From Albugo candida (lineage: Eukaryota): DNA of 64,000 nucleotides. Made by a program: the position numbers and the translations under genes. The notes below the pieces were generated by a model, which worked only from the letters and a program-made list of their open reading frames with translations, searched no databases and was not told the origin of the DNA. The DNA is taken from contig JBDOQK010000024.1 in NCBI GenBank assembly GCA_040437565.1, positions 186,001 through 250,000 on the forward strand, in the 5' to 3' direction. This document shows, piece by piece, positions 1-12,877 of this stretch. Numbering within the stretch: the stretch's first letter is position 1; each line of letters starts with the position of its first letter.

Positions 1-2131
1 CGAGCGCCTGGAGCACCAGCGAACGAAGGGGACAACACCTTGCTACGTTTTTGACGTCACTGAAAGGGATTTGAATCTGTGGGTGGTGACAGTGGTGCAA
101 GCAGACATCTCGTCCAGGACGCTGACTTGCTTCACGATGCCATGGAATGTGATGAAAATGATGGAATCCTTTTGCCTGACGGAGGTGTACTCAAGGTGAC
201 CAAACGAGGCTCTGTGGTCCTACATGGTGAAGGAAGGAGCATGAAGACAAGATAATAGGTCAGCTCAGCCAGCAGTTTATATCAAGGAGAATGCACCCAT
301 GTGGGAGAACTGCAAACAAGTGCCGAAGAGCTGAAGGTATCGGATCCAGTGCTAATGGCGTCTTCAGTTCTACCTGTGGAACAAGAACATGACAGAAAAC
401 TCGCGATAACAGACCTAAAAAATTATGAGGCAGCGCGTCGTAGACCTGATAGTGCCAGATGGGCGATTGCTAATTAGGAGGAACTTGCGTCAGTCGAGGC
501 AAACGAAACGTGGACGGTGATCAAATGTCCAAAAAGCGTGAAAGCCATTCCGACCAAGTGGGTTTATAAAACCAAGATGAGGGAAAATGGGACTGTGGAA
601 AGATACCAGGAAATATTGGTGGATCGCGGCGACAAGCAAAGTTTTGGTGTGAAGTACAATCTCACATTCTCTACGGTGATGCCGATAGGAAATGCATTTG
701 TCATTTTTACGTTTTTCACGGATGTGGGGAATTCCGGCTAGGCATGGTGACGTCCCAAGCGCGTACCCGAAAGCTTTCAAGGAGCCAGAGTACGAAATAC
801 ACTTGAGAATTTCCTATGGAATGTCAGTGACCCAAGAAATCCTGAACCGACTTGGCGTAACGGAACCTGATGAATTGGTGTTGCTTCTAGGGCGGAGACT
901 ATATGGATCAAAACAGGCACGAAGACTTTGGCATCAATTGTTGTGGGACGCTGCTTAAGATTAATTTCGTACAATGCATTAATGACCCGTGTATGACTAT
1001 CGTCGGGGTCTACGTTGCTGACCTGCTAATTACAGGCACGACAGTGAGACCTATTGATCACTTCTTTACTGACATGAAGGTGCTTGAAATCAACGATCTC
1101 GGTACTGTTGAGAGGTTCTTCGGAATGAGAATTGCGTGGAAAAAAGAAGTAGGCTTTTGTCGACCAGGAGCAGACGTTGAAGAACTGCTTGAGAAAGTTG
1201 GCGTGACCGAAGCAAACTCGGTATGAGTACCGATATCTGATTGCATCGAGTACCGACTATCGAGGTTTCAGTCTCTAGTAGGGAGCTTGCTATAGGTATC
1301 GCGCAGCACGCGTACAGATATTTCGTTCGCGATGCACAGAGCGAATAGACGAAGTCACGCACCTACCCTGCAGAATTATAAGCTTGCAAAAAGATTGCAA
1401 GGTACTTGAAGGGAACGAAAGGTTTGATGTTGCGTTTGCGTGAAGACAGTGGGCCCCGGTGTCTTATCAGAATTGTCAGCTTCAGTGATGTGGACTCTGC
1501 GGATGACAATGAAGATCGAAAGCCTGTGAGTGCAGGTGTATAGATTGTTGATGGAATTACTGTAGGATGGCTCTGCAAGAAGCAAGCTGCTCTGACTCAG
1601 TCGACAGCGGAAGCGGGGTTCGTCGCTGCGGCCGTCAGAGAATGTGAGGCGCTGAGATCGAAGAAGCTTTACGAAGAGCTCGAGAAACGAGTGAAGACAT
1701 ATGTGGCAATCAAGATTGACAATCGAGCTGCAGTGAAGCAAATCGAAAACGAGGCGAGCTCAACCAGCACGAAGCATGGGGATGTGAAGCTCAAATACTT
1801 ACGTAATTACGCCAAGAAGGAGGCGGTCAAGCCAACTTATGAATGTACGAAGACGATGTTCGCCGATTTAATGACGAAGGTGCTGCCAGATCCAATGGAA
1901 GATCATGTGCATCGGGCGCACAGTAACCGACGTCGTGCAGAGACAGTGACTTTAACGACCGTGAAGAATTGCAAGAAGGAACCAGATCGACTGCGAGGAG
2001 TCGCGGGAGCAAAACTGATTTACTGCGAAGGGCTGCAGTGTGCATTATCAGGAAATCCTTCTAACTACATTTAATACAATTATTCCCAAAATACTCTGTT
2101 ATTAGTTGTGCAGACCTTACTGTTTGCCAAC
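1..2131 (+). mobile_element. Degenerate Ty1/Copia LTR retrotransposon (protease, RT, RNase H, probable 3' LTR; integrase missing)
   Basis: Protease-like (D)SGASRHLV...LPDGGVLKVTKRGSV at ~80-220. Copia RT motifs KAIPTKWVYKTK, RHGDVPSAY, RRLYGSKQARRLWHQLL, GVYVADLLITG. RNase H IKIDNRAAVKQIEN...KHGDVKLKYLR...ADLMTK. Many stops and frameshifts. Right boundary approximate (ends near ...TGCCAACA). Confidence 0.9.
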
Positions 2132-2640
2132 AGTATACGATTCCGCTGTCACTTTAAGGCACTGGACATAGTTACCATATTTGATGTACTGCCCAACACA
2201 TGCGCGCTGGTTGATCCAGCCACCAATGCTGATGGAAATAGGCCATTTCTAGTCATTGAATAGTTACGTTGGTTAAATCTCATTGTCCAAATTTTCATAT
2301 CAAACTAAAAGTTAGCCAATCATATTAAACTGAGNNNNNNNNNNNNNNNNNNNNNNNNNNNNNNNNNNNNNNNNNNNNNNNNNNNNNNNNNNNNNNNNNN
2401 NNNNNNNNNNNNNNNNNNNNNNNNNNNNNNNNNNAACAGTATACGATTCCGCTGTCACTTTAAGGCACTGGACATAGTTACCATATTTGATGTACTGCCC
2501 AACACATGCGCGCTGGTTGATCCAGCCACCAATGCTGATGGAAATAGGCCATTTCTAGTCATTGAATAGTTACGTTGGTTAAATCTCATTGTCCAAATTT
2601 TCATATCAAACTAAAAGTTAGCCAATCATATTAAACTGAG
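2129..2640. repeat. Identical overlap across a 100-N gap (2129-2334 = 2435-2640); assembly artefact
   Basis: The sequence ending at the gap is repeated exactly after the gap. Confidence 0.9.
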
Positions 2641-2804
2641 GGGATAGGAGCGATTCCCTATAATGAGATGTCGCAGTAATGGCCATCAATATTCATGTTC
2701 TTTGAACAGCACATTTGGGTCTGAATCGGTTTCTAAAATAGGGATCGCAATAATAACCGCGCAGGTGCGCACAAGTTAATGCAATTTTGAATCGGTAGAG
2801 AAGT

Positions 2805-3280
2805 ATGCACTTATCACGCTTTTTTCGCTCATACTTGCTGGTGCGTTAGATCGAATTGTGGGTATCTAGAATATTCGGATGTCAATTTGGGACCAGCATA
2901 TGGGTTAAAGATTAACATTGCGGATTATAGAATTTTGCAGCTTTCCATTGACATCGTGTCCAATGAAACCATTTCAATCAAAACGGCCTCTCCGTTTGAT
3001 TACTTTAGCAAGTGTGTGGTGAAAGTAGGTCAAAAAGCTGGCGTAATCCTACGTGGTGTGCTTGATAATCTTTTTGTGGAGTCATTCGTGAGGATAAATG
3101 ATATGCGCTGTAACAAATCTATCCACATGTATACCAGCAGAGCACATGATGGAACTCGAGAGAGCAAGAAGGCTCACGAGGACAATGTGCACGTCTTTAG
3201 TCAGACCCACCATACTTGATATACTTCATTTTGGTGTTGGGACTTTTTACAGCGATCACTTCGCTATGCAGAGAGAATAA
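2805..3280 (+). pseudogene. Decayed secreted-protein gene, paralog of 17306-17740; weak pepsin-fold resemblance
   Basis: Frameshifted hydrophobic N-terminus MH(F)ITLFSLILAGALDRIVG, then YGLKINIADYRILQLSIDIVSNET and CTSLVRPTILDILHFGVGTF. Clear nucleotide similarity to 17300-17740. Confidence 0.4.
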
Positions 3281-3464
3281 AAATTGTTGTCGCATACTAG
3301 ATGCTTGACAACACCTCCTTTTACTGGCGCTGTTACATTTATGATTCTATCCGACCCCTCTGTAATGCATATACTGAATGCGCTGAAAGCTATCTCACAA
3401 CATCTTCGACTGTACTTCCTGCACTTTCTTCCTGTATTCAGAGCTTTTCTCAAACTCTTTAATT

Positions 3465-3982
3465 GAAGAAGCCTGGATGAGTTCTCTGGTCGGTGGGTAC
3501 TTTCAGAGTAGTTGTAGTATGTGTAGTATGTTGATGAGATTATCCGCTGTAAAAAGGAATGATTCTCGTCTAGAGTCAATCAGGTAGGAAAGCTGCTCAA
3601 ATATGATTTGAAATACTTTATCGCGTAGTATGCCATACGCAACGCGCTACCTCAATTGCTTCTGCAACATTCCNNNNNNNNNNNNNNNNNNNNNNNNNNN
3701 NNNNNNNNNNNNNNNNNNNNNNNNNNNNNNNNNNNNNNNNNNNNNNNNNNNNNNNNNNNNNNNNNNNNNNNNNGAAGAAGCCTGGATGAGTTCTCTGGTC
3801 GGTGGGTACTTTCAGAGTAGTTGTAGTATGTGTAGTATGTTGATGAGATTATCCGCTGTAAAAAGGAATGATTCTCGTCTAGAGTCAATCAGGTAGGAAA
3901 GCTGCTCAAATATGATTTGAAATACTTTATCGCGTAGTATGCCATACGCAACGCGCTACCTCAATTGCTTCTGCAACATTCC
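3465..3982. repeat. Identical overlap across a 100-N gap (3465-3673 = 3774-3982); assembly artefact
   Basis: Exact duplication either side of the gap. Confidence 0.9.
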
Positions 3983-5348
3983 TTCTGTCAGTCGCGGAGT
4001 GTATGCAACAACTCTACGCGAGGAGATATAGACAGATCAGGCCCAGCAAAAAGCGTTCGAGCGCCTTTAATTGTAATGTACAATAAACGGGTTGTTGGAA
4101 ACATATTTTATGCAATTGGGCTTTTTTTTTCGCAGGCTTAGTGGCAGTGAAAGCCGCCTGCAGGTGCACTCTGACTGTGTAAGTGGTTTTCGGATGAGTA
4201 CATGGACCGCACCGAATTCAACAACTTCCACTATTTCTGATTACAGATACAGCTGCAGTTCCTTCAATTTGCATGCGGAAAAGGTAATACAGCCTTCTGG
4301 TTCGTTATCGATCTTAATTTGACAAAAAAATACAATCAGGGGACGACACTTGTGTCTGCAATTACATTCAACTTGTGATAGCGTGAGTGACTAGTTTATT
4401 ATTTAACTCAAACAACCGTTGTTGAGCAGGCGCATTAAAACGATTAATACAATAAATTTGCATGTGTCCTCTGGCTGTCAGGCTGTCAAAGTATCGACAT
4501 TCACAAACGTTTTCTCTAAAATGCTGGTTGAAAGACACACGTTGAGGAGTATTAGGATGTTCCAAATCCTTTCAGTGCTTTATTACCGTTGTCAATATCG
4601 CCGATGATTATGATTGATGCAGATGACGCATGCTTGTGTAGCCACGAATAATGCTATCGGTGTTTAGTTCAGAAATCCGTTACTGTGAATCCTGATGACG
4701 AAATCCTGATGACTTGATGCGTGCATATTCAGTTTTGGAGCCGAGAATCTCCCGTATCTGGGTATCAAAACTTGCGCAAAGACATTAGAACGGTTCATGC
4801 ATACAATTATCCACCAGCTGATTTTAGCTCGAATTGCGGACATTGCAATGTTGCCCGAGTGATGAATTTAACCTGAAGCGTAGGTCAGTTGAGCTCACGA
4901 AATGCCTGAAATTTTAGGTGTTGATTATTTGTACGCGTGACCGCTGAGTAAGACAAGAAGTTTCCTACAGAACTTCGGAAGTTTTCAATTCTCCTGCATT
5001 TCTATCTTTCGAAGTGAAGATACATCACCGAAACATTAAACATGTGCTTTTCCTCACTTTACCACGCCCTTAATGCAATCTGGGCTGGGCGTTGTTGTGC
5101 TTACTTGGAAATGCGGACTAAACTTTAAGCTACGCCCACCAGAATGCTCATTTCTCATCATCGCGTAATGTGTGGTTATCGATATTGGAAAGAACGCAGG
5201 TAATAGCTGTCGAGTTGCCTAACATTTCATATTTGGAGTATTCATCGCGAGTTGATGCTCAGCATCAAGAAGACAGTAACAGCTTTTTTTGAAAGGAATA
5301 TACTGTGCACTGATTCTATCTGATAACTGACGTGAGATTTCTCTTTTA

Positions 5349-6463
5349 CTAAATCAAGGTTCTATGAACTGATAAATGATCTCTCCGCCCGTATTCTCTA
5401 ATAATGAGGGAGCGTGATTTTAGAATTGTAGCACCCAGCAACCATGTTGCATCCTCGAATCATTTTTAATGAGAAGCGTACACATGGGTCTTTCTTGATT
5501 AATGTGATATAGTGCTTTGAGGTCGATAAAGGTATTATTCGGTATGGTTATTTTTATTTCATGCCCACGTTTACTTTTGAATGATATGGTTGCTGTAGAA
5601 GAGACATCGTCGCAACGCCCTCGGAATAGACTGTGATTCCTCTCAATTTTCATTTCACGGAACTTCATTGCTGAGAGCTCTTTTTCATGCTTCTATGTTC
5701 AAAATGCGCGATTCTGATAGCTTCTACATCAGCATCAATTCGTATGTTCTGGCTCGGAACCGTTCGATCGAATAAATCACATCTGCTATAAGATGCTCTT
5801 TGAGCATATGTACTCAGTTATCGCGTGAAACTCTCTGATGTACGTAAAGATCCTATAACGTTCAGCCTCTGTCCATGTAGGAGAGTATAAACCTTGACTT
5901 CCTGTCTCATAAGCTTGGGTGCTCATTAGTCTATAGCAGTTTATTTCGAATTCACTCTTCCGGAGACGTCCCATTCAACTTCCAGCCGATCATGTTTATA
6001 TTACCATTCACCGTTTGCTTTACATGAATTGCCGGCTTCCACTGACCGTCTCTGTCTATCAAATCTTGATCCAGAATTTCATCTGACTTAGCTCAGCTTT
6101 GTAGAAGAGGTACTAACAAGTTATTTCCGAATTCTTTTCGTATACTTGGACTACTAGTGTGACTTTTCAACTGCATTGGTTTCCACCGTAAATGACCCAA
6201 AAATAACGTACATCAATCCCATACATCTTTCAAGCACTATTTTAAGATATCCATCCTCAGTTTCAGTATGCTCGACCAAGAAACAAGGCTCAAAGTATCC
6301 ATAACGCCAGCTTGAACGGAATCAAGAAAGGACCTGCCACTCGAGAAACTCGATTTCAGTGCGACATGAACGATCAAGCCTTCCGTGGTGGCCGCAGGCC
6401 GGTGGTGTGCGAAAGATACTACAAGCTCAGCAATTGCGTACGTTTTTGGTGATGAGCTCTCAT
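5349..6463 (-). pseudogene. Secreted pepsin-fold-like (non-catalytic) family member, pseudogene
   Basis: Manual translation across frameshifts gives KTYAIAELVVSFAHHRPAATTEGLIVHV (family signal region), MIGWKLNGTSPEE*IRNKLL, IRIDADVEAIRIA, FRGRCDDVS, CTLLIKND and WLLGATILKSRSLII. These match the 22250 and 59955 proteins. Confidence 0.75.
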
Positions 6464-6509
6464 TTCTTGTTTTTTTGAGGAGCTTGACCTTAGAATTGAG
6501 CCATTGAAG

Positions 6510-8730
6510 TAAACTGTAGCCAGCACAAATGGGAGAATTTTTCTCGATTTGCTAGCTTTAACGATAAATAATACGTACTTTACAAATATGGAAGCTAATT
6601 TGTCAGGCCTGACGTGAGACAAACAGACAGCTGCACGACAAGATGCGTTGACGGAGAAAGTTTTGAAGAATTCGTACTTTATGCATAAAATAAAAATGGT
6701 AGCGTTTCTAGGTGTTGATCAAGGTATGAACGAACGACATGCTCTGTCGTAATTATGGAAGCGTAATTGTCAGGCTTGACGTGAGAGAAACAGCAGCACG
6801 ACAAGATGGGCTGCCGGAGAATGTTTAAAAGAGTTCGCACTTTATCCATAGTATAAATATGGTAAGTGTTTCTAGGTTTAAATCAACATTTGACCAAACG
6901 ACATGCTCTATCCTACCTATAGATATGTTTACATAGTTAAGCTGAAAATTAGCAAAGTAGCAAACTTCCTTTCATGCATTGAGTACCTTTAAGCGTACTA
7001 TAGAAGCACGATTTGCGCATCTAAAATCACATCACATTCACGTCGTTTGAGTAAAACACATGCAAGAAAGGTGTTCGATATTGTACAACAAAAGACACCG
7101 TCTTTGTGCGACATATACAAACCGAGTTCCATTCTAGACATGTAATTATAGTCCTCTTCGAACTGCACCAATACTTTTCCTGTCTTTTGTGATATCGAAA
7201 AAAAAAGATCTATTTATACCAGCGTTAAGAGAAGCGGCATAGAAAACATTCCGTGAGCTAGAAAAGATGTTACTAGCCTTCTGCCTCTTATATCAGAAGT
7301 AGGTCATGAGTCGACGAGCTATACTTCCTTCCTGTCTCTCATACAAACTTCACTACACATAGTAGTTCCGTAGCCTGTGCCATTCGACCCAGGATAATTG
7401 AAAAGTTGACACCTCGGTCATATTATCTTATCATGACCTTCTCTCTATCGCTGCGTCTCCTTTTATTCGCAACTTTTGCGTCACACACTTATACGCATCT
7501 GGTACTTGCAAGCATGCTCCACATGCTGAAGGCTCGCGTCTAGTACTTTCGTTAGACCTCCTATGTTGCTATCTCAACAGGATGTTAACAACACAAAGCG
7601 TCATTAGCTTTCATCAGGGTACATATAGGTTCTCCTCTACATATGCAGTTTGCAGAGAGCTACAGATACTGACACAAATCCTATAACAAACATGTAGTAC
7701 GTTGAGTGCTCATCAAGGAGTATACGTACTGCAGGTGAGAAATGAAGTTTGGACCATTTCGACTCACTCCGGTTGCTTGGCAGAATAGTCAAAGAATCAA
7801 CATTGATATGGTGCTTGCTAAAAAATCTACGTCGTCTACTACTCAGTCAGAAGAAAACATGCATACCGACTCACTTATATACCGGTGGGATGGCCCTTGT
7901 TTGTTAGACCCTGCGTTAAATAAGTAGCGTCGGAGGACCAACAGAGTAATTGACGCGAGCTTTCAGCGTCTGGAGATGCTTCGAACCTAGATGCGTATTA
8001 CAAAAGTTATTGAGGTTACGAGGCCCAGGCGCAGCGACAAGAAGCATTCAACAGAGAAAAGAGCATCACCGGGACGATTCTTCAATCATTATCGTAGGTA
8101 ATGACAATGAATACGGAAGTAACGAGTATAAGAGAAGCTGAGTGAAAGACGGCAGAGAAGTTTGCGAGAAAGTTCGAAATGAAGTATAGTCATCTCACGA
8201 GGTTCCTGGTTCTATGCCTGTTTTCTTGACACTAGTAGTAGATCAGGTTCAGCAGTTTCGATATCAAAGAAGAACAGGAAAAATATAGCTGCAGTTCGAA
8301 GAGGAATTTGTCGCACATGCACGGTGTCTTTTTTCTGCAGTATCGAACACCTTTGTTACATGTGTTTTACTTGAACAACGTGAATGTTATGTTAGGTGCG
8401 CTATCGTACTTGTAAAGTGTGCGCAGAGGTACACAATGTATGAAAGGAAATTTCCTCTTTGGTAGTTTTCAGCTTCACGATGCAAAGCATGTCAGTAGGC
8501 ATGATAGAGCATGTCGTTAGGTCAAACCTTACTCAAAACCTAGACATGCTACCATTTTTATACAATGCATAAAGTACGAATACTTTGAGACTTTCTCCGT
8601 CAACGCATCTTGTCGTGTGTCTCACGTAAACCTAATAAATGCGCTTCCATATTTACAAAGTACGCATTTTTATATTATTGAACCTCGCAAGTCGAGGCAA
8701 AAGTCTTCCATTTTTGCTGGCTGTAGAAGC
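6510..8730. promoter_or_regulatory. Imperfect inverted repeat (~6510-7255 vs ~8195-8730) forming the upstream regions of two divergent paralogs
   Basis: The reverse complement of 6510-6750 aligns with 8505-8730 (shared AGAGCATGTCGTT, ATGCATAAAGTACGAAT, ACTTTCTCCGTCAACGCATCTTGTCGTG). The reverse complement of 6900-7200 aligns with 8255-8515. The left arm carries a ~160 bp tandem duplication (~6585-6910). A regulatory role is inferred from position only. Confidence 0.75.
7433..7925 (+). pseudogene. Possible CxxC(L)-type (CCG/CHxC-like) secreted effector relic; paralog at ~58730-59245
   Basis: MTFSLSLRLLLFATF.. then YLQACSTC*RLASS. The paralog reads LSLRLFLFPTLCHTFVHIYYLQACSTCLRLASS and later YSSCHRS and SIRIAGEKLSLDYC. 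Confidence 0.3.
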
Positions 8731-8796
8731 CCCAAATGGCCCAATCCACCACAGATCACCCCTTCATTATTAAAAGTACGATTCGGACAGCAAAGC

Positions 8797-9752
8797 ATGA
8801 AAGGTATTTCCTTTGAAACATACGCTATTCTTGGGCTCGGAGCATCTTTGGCGCATCAGCAGTTTGTGGTGGTTACAGGAGGCTTATACGTTGAGATAAA
8901 ATCGGAATCGGTTTGGTGGGACAATACATTGCCATATTCAATTGAAGATGACGTTTCGTACACTGTGAGTCTGGAAGCTACCGAATCGGACGAAGAATTG
9001 GGTATCCTTCCAATGGACTATATTATTAAAGCTTATGAGATGCCTCGGTTGAAGCATGTGGAACTTGACGCATTCCCAGAAATACTCGAAACTAGAAACC
9101 CTCTGTTCAACTTGGTAGAATTGTCGCCGTTAACGCACACGGATCAATCGTACACGAACTGCTGGACATTGAAGGGAATAGATTTGAAGAAATGGATTGA
9201 ATCTAAAATACTTAATACTGAAAACAACAAATTCTACATGAGTATACAAGCTTGTAACAGGATTTCGAGGAATGTATGCTATTACGCGTTGGATTAATCG
9301 TCTGAAAGTCGCGAAGTTGTTCAACATAAAGAGGACTTCTGCTTATGGGGTCCCATGAGGCGAATATTTACTTTGTTGGGGAAAACTCTAAGAAACAAGA
9401 AGTACGGATAGATCATGATTATAAAGGTGTCAGAATCCCAGCCTTGTATTACGAAAAAGTGATGAAACTGCTCATCGAACTGTGCAAAACTAATTCATCC
9501 ACCGAAAAAAGACTGCTGAGAATGGATTTTATTCAGGGTGAATCCATCAAACTTTTTGCGTGTGATATCAGACAAATTGAAGCATCAATTGATGGAACAT
9601 GGGTAGTGGGTTTTCTCATTTTGCAAGCTTTTTCCATCATCATCGATAATATGAGCGGTAAGACACGCATCAGCTTGGAGGAAGTCAAAGAATCGAGAGG
9701 TAAACTTCCACATCAACAGATGCCATGTTGGGAACGTAAGTGCATCAAATAG
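8797..9752 (+). pseudogene. Secreted pepsin-fold-like (non-catalytic) family member, frameshifted; positional counterpart of 59955-60845
   Basis: MKGISFETYAILGLGASLAHQQFVVVTGGLYVEI...WTLKGIDLKKWIESKILN...YMSIQA. A 2-nt deletion near 9253 relative to copy B, then MGSHEANIYF..VRIDHDYKGVRIP..DGTWVVGFLILQAFSIIIDNMSGKTRISL. Confidence 0.8.
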
Positions 9753-9834
9753 CTTTACGGACAGATCGATTAACGGATAACGATCACTTTATGCAAGATC
9801 GACTTGAATGTTTTTCTGTTCATGCAAAAAGAAT

Positions 9835-12800
9835 ATTTCGGTGGTTAGGGTGACGCCCTGCCTGGGTCATACCCACAGCGTCTAATTCTGACGGCTCTTT
9901 AATCCGGGTTTTTAAGACCCTCCAACTCGGCACCTTCAATGTTCGTGGACTAACCTCAAACATAAAGAAAAGATCGCGCGCGGTACAAACTGGACGTATG
10001 TGCTCTGCAGGAGACTAAAATGACAGAAGCTCTCGTCGACGTCCGAAGGCCAACCGATCGAGTCATACTCCTTCCTTCGGCAAAACCCTATTACGGCCTC
10101 GGATATATTTTTTCGGATAGAGTTGCTGATCAAGTACATCGGTACTGGATGGTCAACGATCGCATCGCCGTGTTACAATTAAAGCTCTCGAAGAAAGTCA
10201 AGGTTTCATTCATCAACGTCTATGCCCCGCACATGGGACGCTCTGCAGAAGAATCTGATGCATTTTATGACACACTTCAGCAAACAATAAACCGCTTTCG
10301 TCACCAGTTTTTCTTCATTTTGGGAGACTTCAACGCCAAAATTGGGCAGCGATGCGACGGAGAGGCTTTTTTGGGTTTATACTCGCGCGGATACTGAAAT
10401 GATAATGGTATTCGGCTTCGAGATTTCTGTGCAGACAACGACCTCTTCCTGACCAACACGGCTTTCTACAAAAGACGCGCTCGTAATATCATCACCTGGC
10501 AAGGCATTAGCAAAGGGGGTCCAATTTTCAATCAGATCGACTACATCATACTCCCCCTACGCTTCAAGCTGCTTCAATTGACAATCTTGGAGCGGGACAC
10601 TCGTTGACAGCGACCATCGGCTTATCACCAAACATCTTCAGCTACCCGATGTCTATAAGATACTCATGAAAATATCTCGCACGCAACCTTCGGCGCTTAC
10701 TTTTGACACCTCCCTCCTCCGGGATCCTGACATACTTGATTTATACCAGCAATCCATCGCAAAGGCACTTGTCACACCAACATCCACTGAATCACTCGAA
10801 TGGCCATCGGTACTCATTCCCATCAAAGCCATCGCGAACAACATCATTCGACCCAAGATTGATCCCGCACAACATACCGATCACAACGACGAAATAGCCG
10901 AGCTTTCTCTCGCGCAAAAACGTCTCCGTGCCCTTATCACCAGCAGCAATAACCCTGTCGACCTACTGCTATATCGATCTCGCCGACAAGCCCTGCTAAG
11001 GACCATACGACAAAAGTGCAAAAAGGCTGGAAGACTTCGTGTAACACAGCACATTATGGAGCTCGAAAAATACAAGTACACGGAGAAGATGTACCATATC
11101 GTCCGACGACTCACATCACACAAGCGGCCAGCATTATTTTTACGTGATCATGATGGGCGCATCATTGGAAATTCCAGGGAAACAGCCCAAGTCATAACGG
11201 ACTTTCTTTCAGCCCAGTTTCATAAACCCCATTTTCAGTGACGTTTCTGCTGGAAAATACATCATGACATCTCCCATTACGGCGGAGGAAGTTACACAAG
11301 CATTCCGGTCTTTGAAAAACAATCGCGAACCAGGCGCAGATCAGGTCCCAGCCGAATTCCTTAAATATAGCCCCCCAGTGGTTTCCGTCATCCTCGCTAA
11401 AGCAATCAATTGCCATATACAAAACCCCACCACATTTATGCGCGACAGTCTCAATCATGGTGTTGTCATCACCGTTCCAAAGCCTAACAAACCGACGGGC
11501 AGCTGTGCCAACCTTCGGCCGATCACCCTTCTCAGCACCACTCGTAAGACCATATCCACGGTCATCCTAAATCGCATCTGTACAAAAGTAGATAAATGGC
11601 TATCGCCTAACCAGAGTGGCTTTCGAGTTGCCCGCAGTACAGCTAATGCAGTATGGGCCCACAGATGGAATATCGCCCTAACGCGTCGCTTTCAGACTAA
11701 CATGTACATTCTTGGTATCGACCTCAGCAAAGCTTTTGACACCATTGACCGACATCGATTGCTGATAGTTCTGAACTCGATTTTGGATCCAGACGAGGTC
11801 CAGTTGATAAGAGCTCTCCTCAGTGCCACGACCCTCCAACTCCGACTTGGTATGAAATGCTACTCAAACTTCGCAAGCACTCATGGTACGCCTCAAGGAG
11901 ATTCATTCTCCCCAATTTTGCTCGTGGTTTACTCGGAAGCGGTACTACGCGATCTATGCCTGCACCTGGAAATTTTAATGCGCGAGCTCAACACCATTGT
12001 GTTTGCCGATGATGTGGATTTCATTCACCATGATCCTACTCGTCTCGAGCATATTCTTCTTTTTTCCGAGCAAGTATTCCGGGCATTGTCTTTGACCATA
12101 AATGTCAGCAAAATAGAGCGAACGACTATTGCTCGTGCACCGAACACGACAGAGGAAAGTTGGCGTACCGTTCGCAAATTGGGATCACTACTTGGCGACT
12201 CTGAAGACGTACAGTAGCGTAAAGCTCATGCAATAGCTGCCTTCAAACGATTTTGGAAATTCTGGATTTATTCTCACTTACTTCCAGAAACACTACGCGT
12301 TCGCTTATGCAATATCTATGTGTTACCTATCCTGCTATACAACTGTGGAACATGGGGTCTCACAGAACGCGACATTGGCAGTCTTGAAGCGTATCACCGT
12401 CGCCACCTTCGCCGCATCCTCCGCATCCACTACCCTCAGCACATCAGTAACGCGGATCTATACAAGCGCTGTAACACAAAACCGCTTCGAATCCACCTGA
12501 CGAGATCTCGCTGGAGACTCTTTGGTCATATTCTTCGCCGCGCACAACCTATTCCAGCTCAGTTGAACATGCTCCGATACTATGATTCTTCTGGTAATAT
12601 GCCGACCCATCGGGGCCGCACACCTACCTGCCTCTCAACCGTTCTCGACAAGGATCTACGATTCGACATAACTTCCAGTCTACGTCTCCGCAATACTGCA
12701 GATCTATACGCCCTATCAGTTCTAGCACAGGACCGCGCATTATGTAAAGAACTTACTCAGCGTCTCTGCAATAGCCAGGAAATAATTTACCGGGATAAAG

Positions 12801-12877
12801 AAACAGTCAGGCGTAAGCGAAAGCTAGAGTCCGCTAATACGGACTCGATGCCGCCGCGAAAACGCACATAATAATAA
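9835..12877 (+). mobile_element. Non-LTR retrotransposon (RTE-like LINE; AP endonuclease + RT), inactivated
   Basis: Endonuclease motifs GTFNVRGL, CALQETK, INVYAPH, ILGDFNAKIG, QIDYII, SDHRL. RT motifs NLRPITLL, QSGFR, IDLSKAFDTI, GTPQGDSFSP, FADDV. C-terminal PILLYNCGTW..RWRLFGHILR. (TAA)3 tail. TSD ATGCAAAAAGAAT at 9822-9834 and 12877-12889. Confidence 0.95.
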
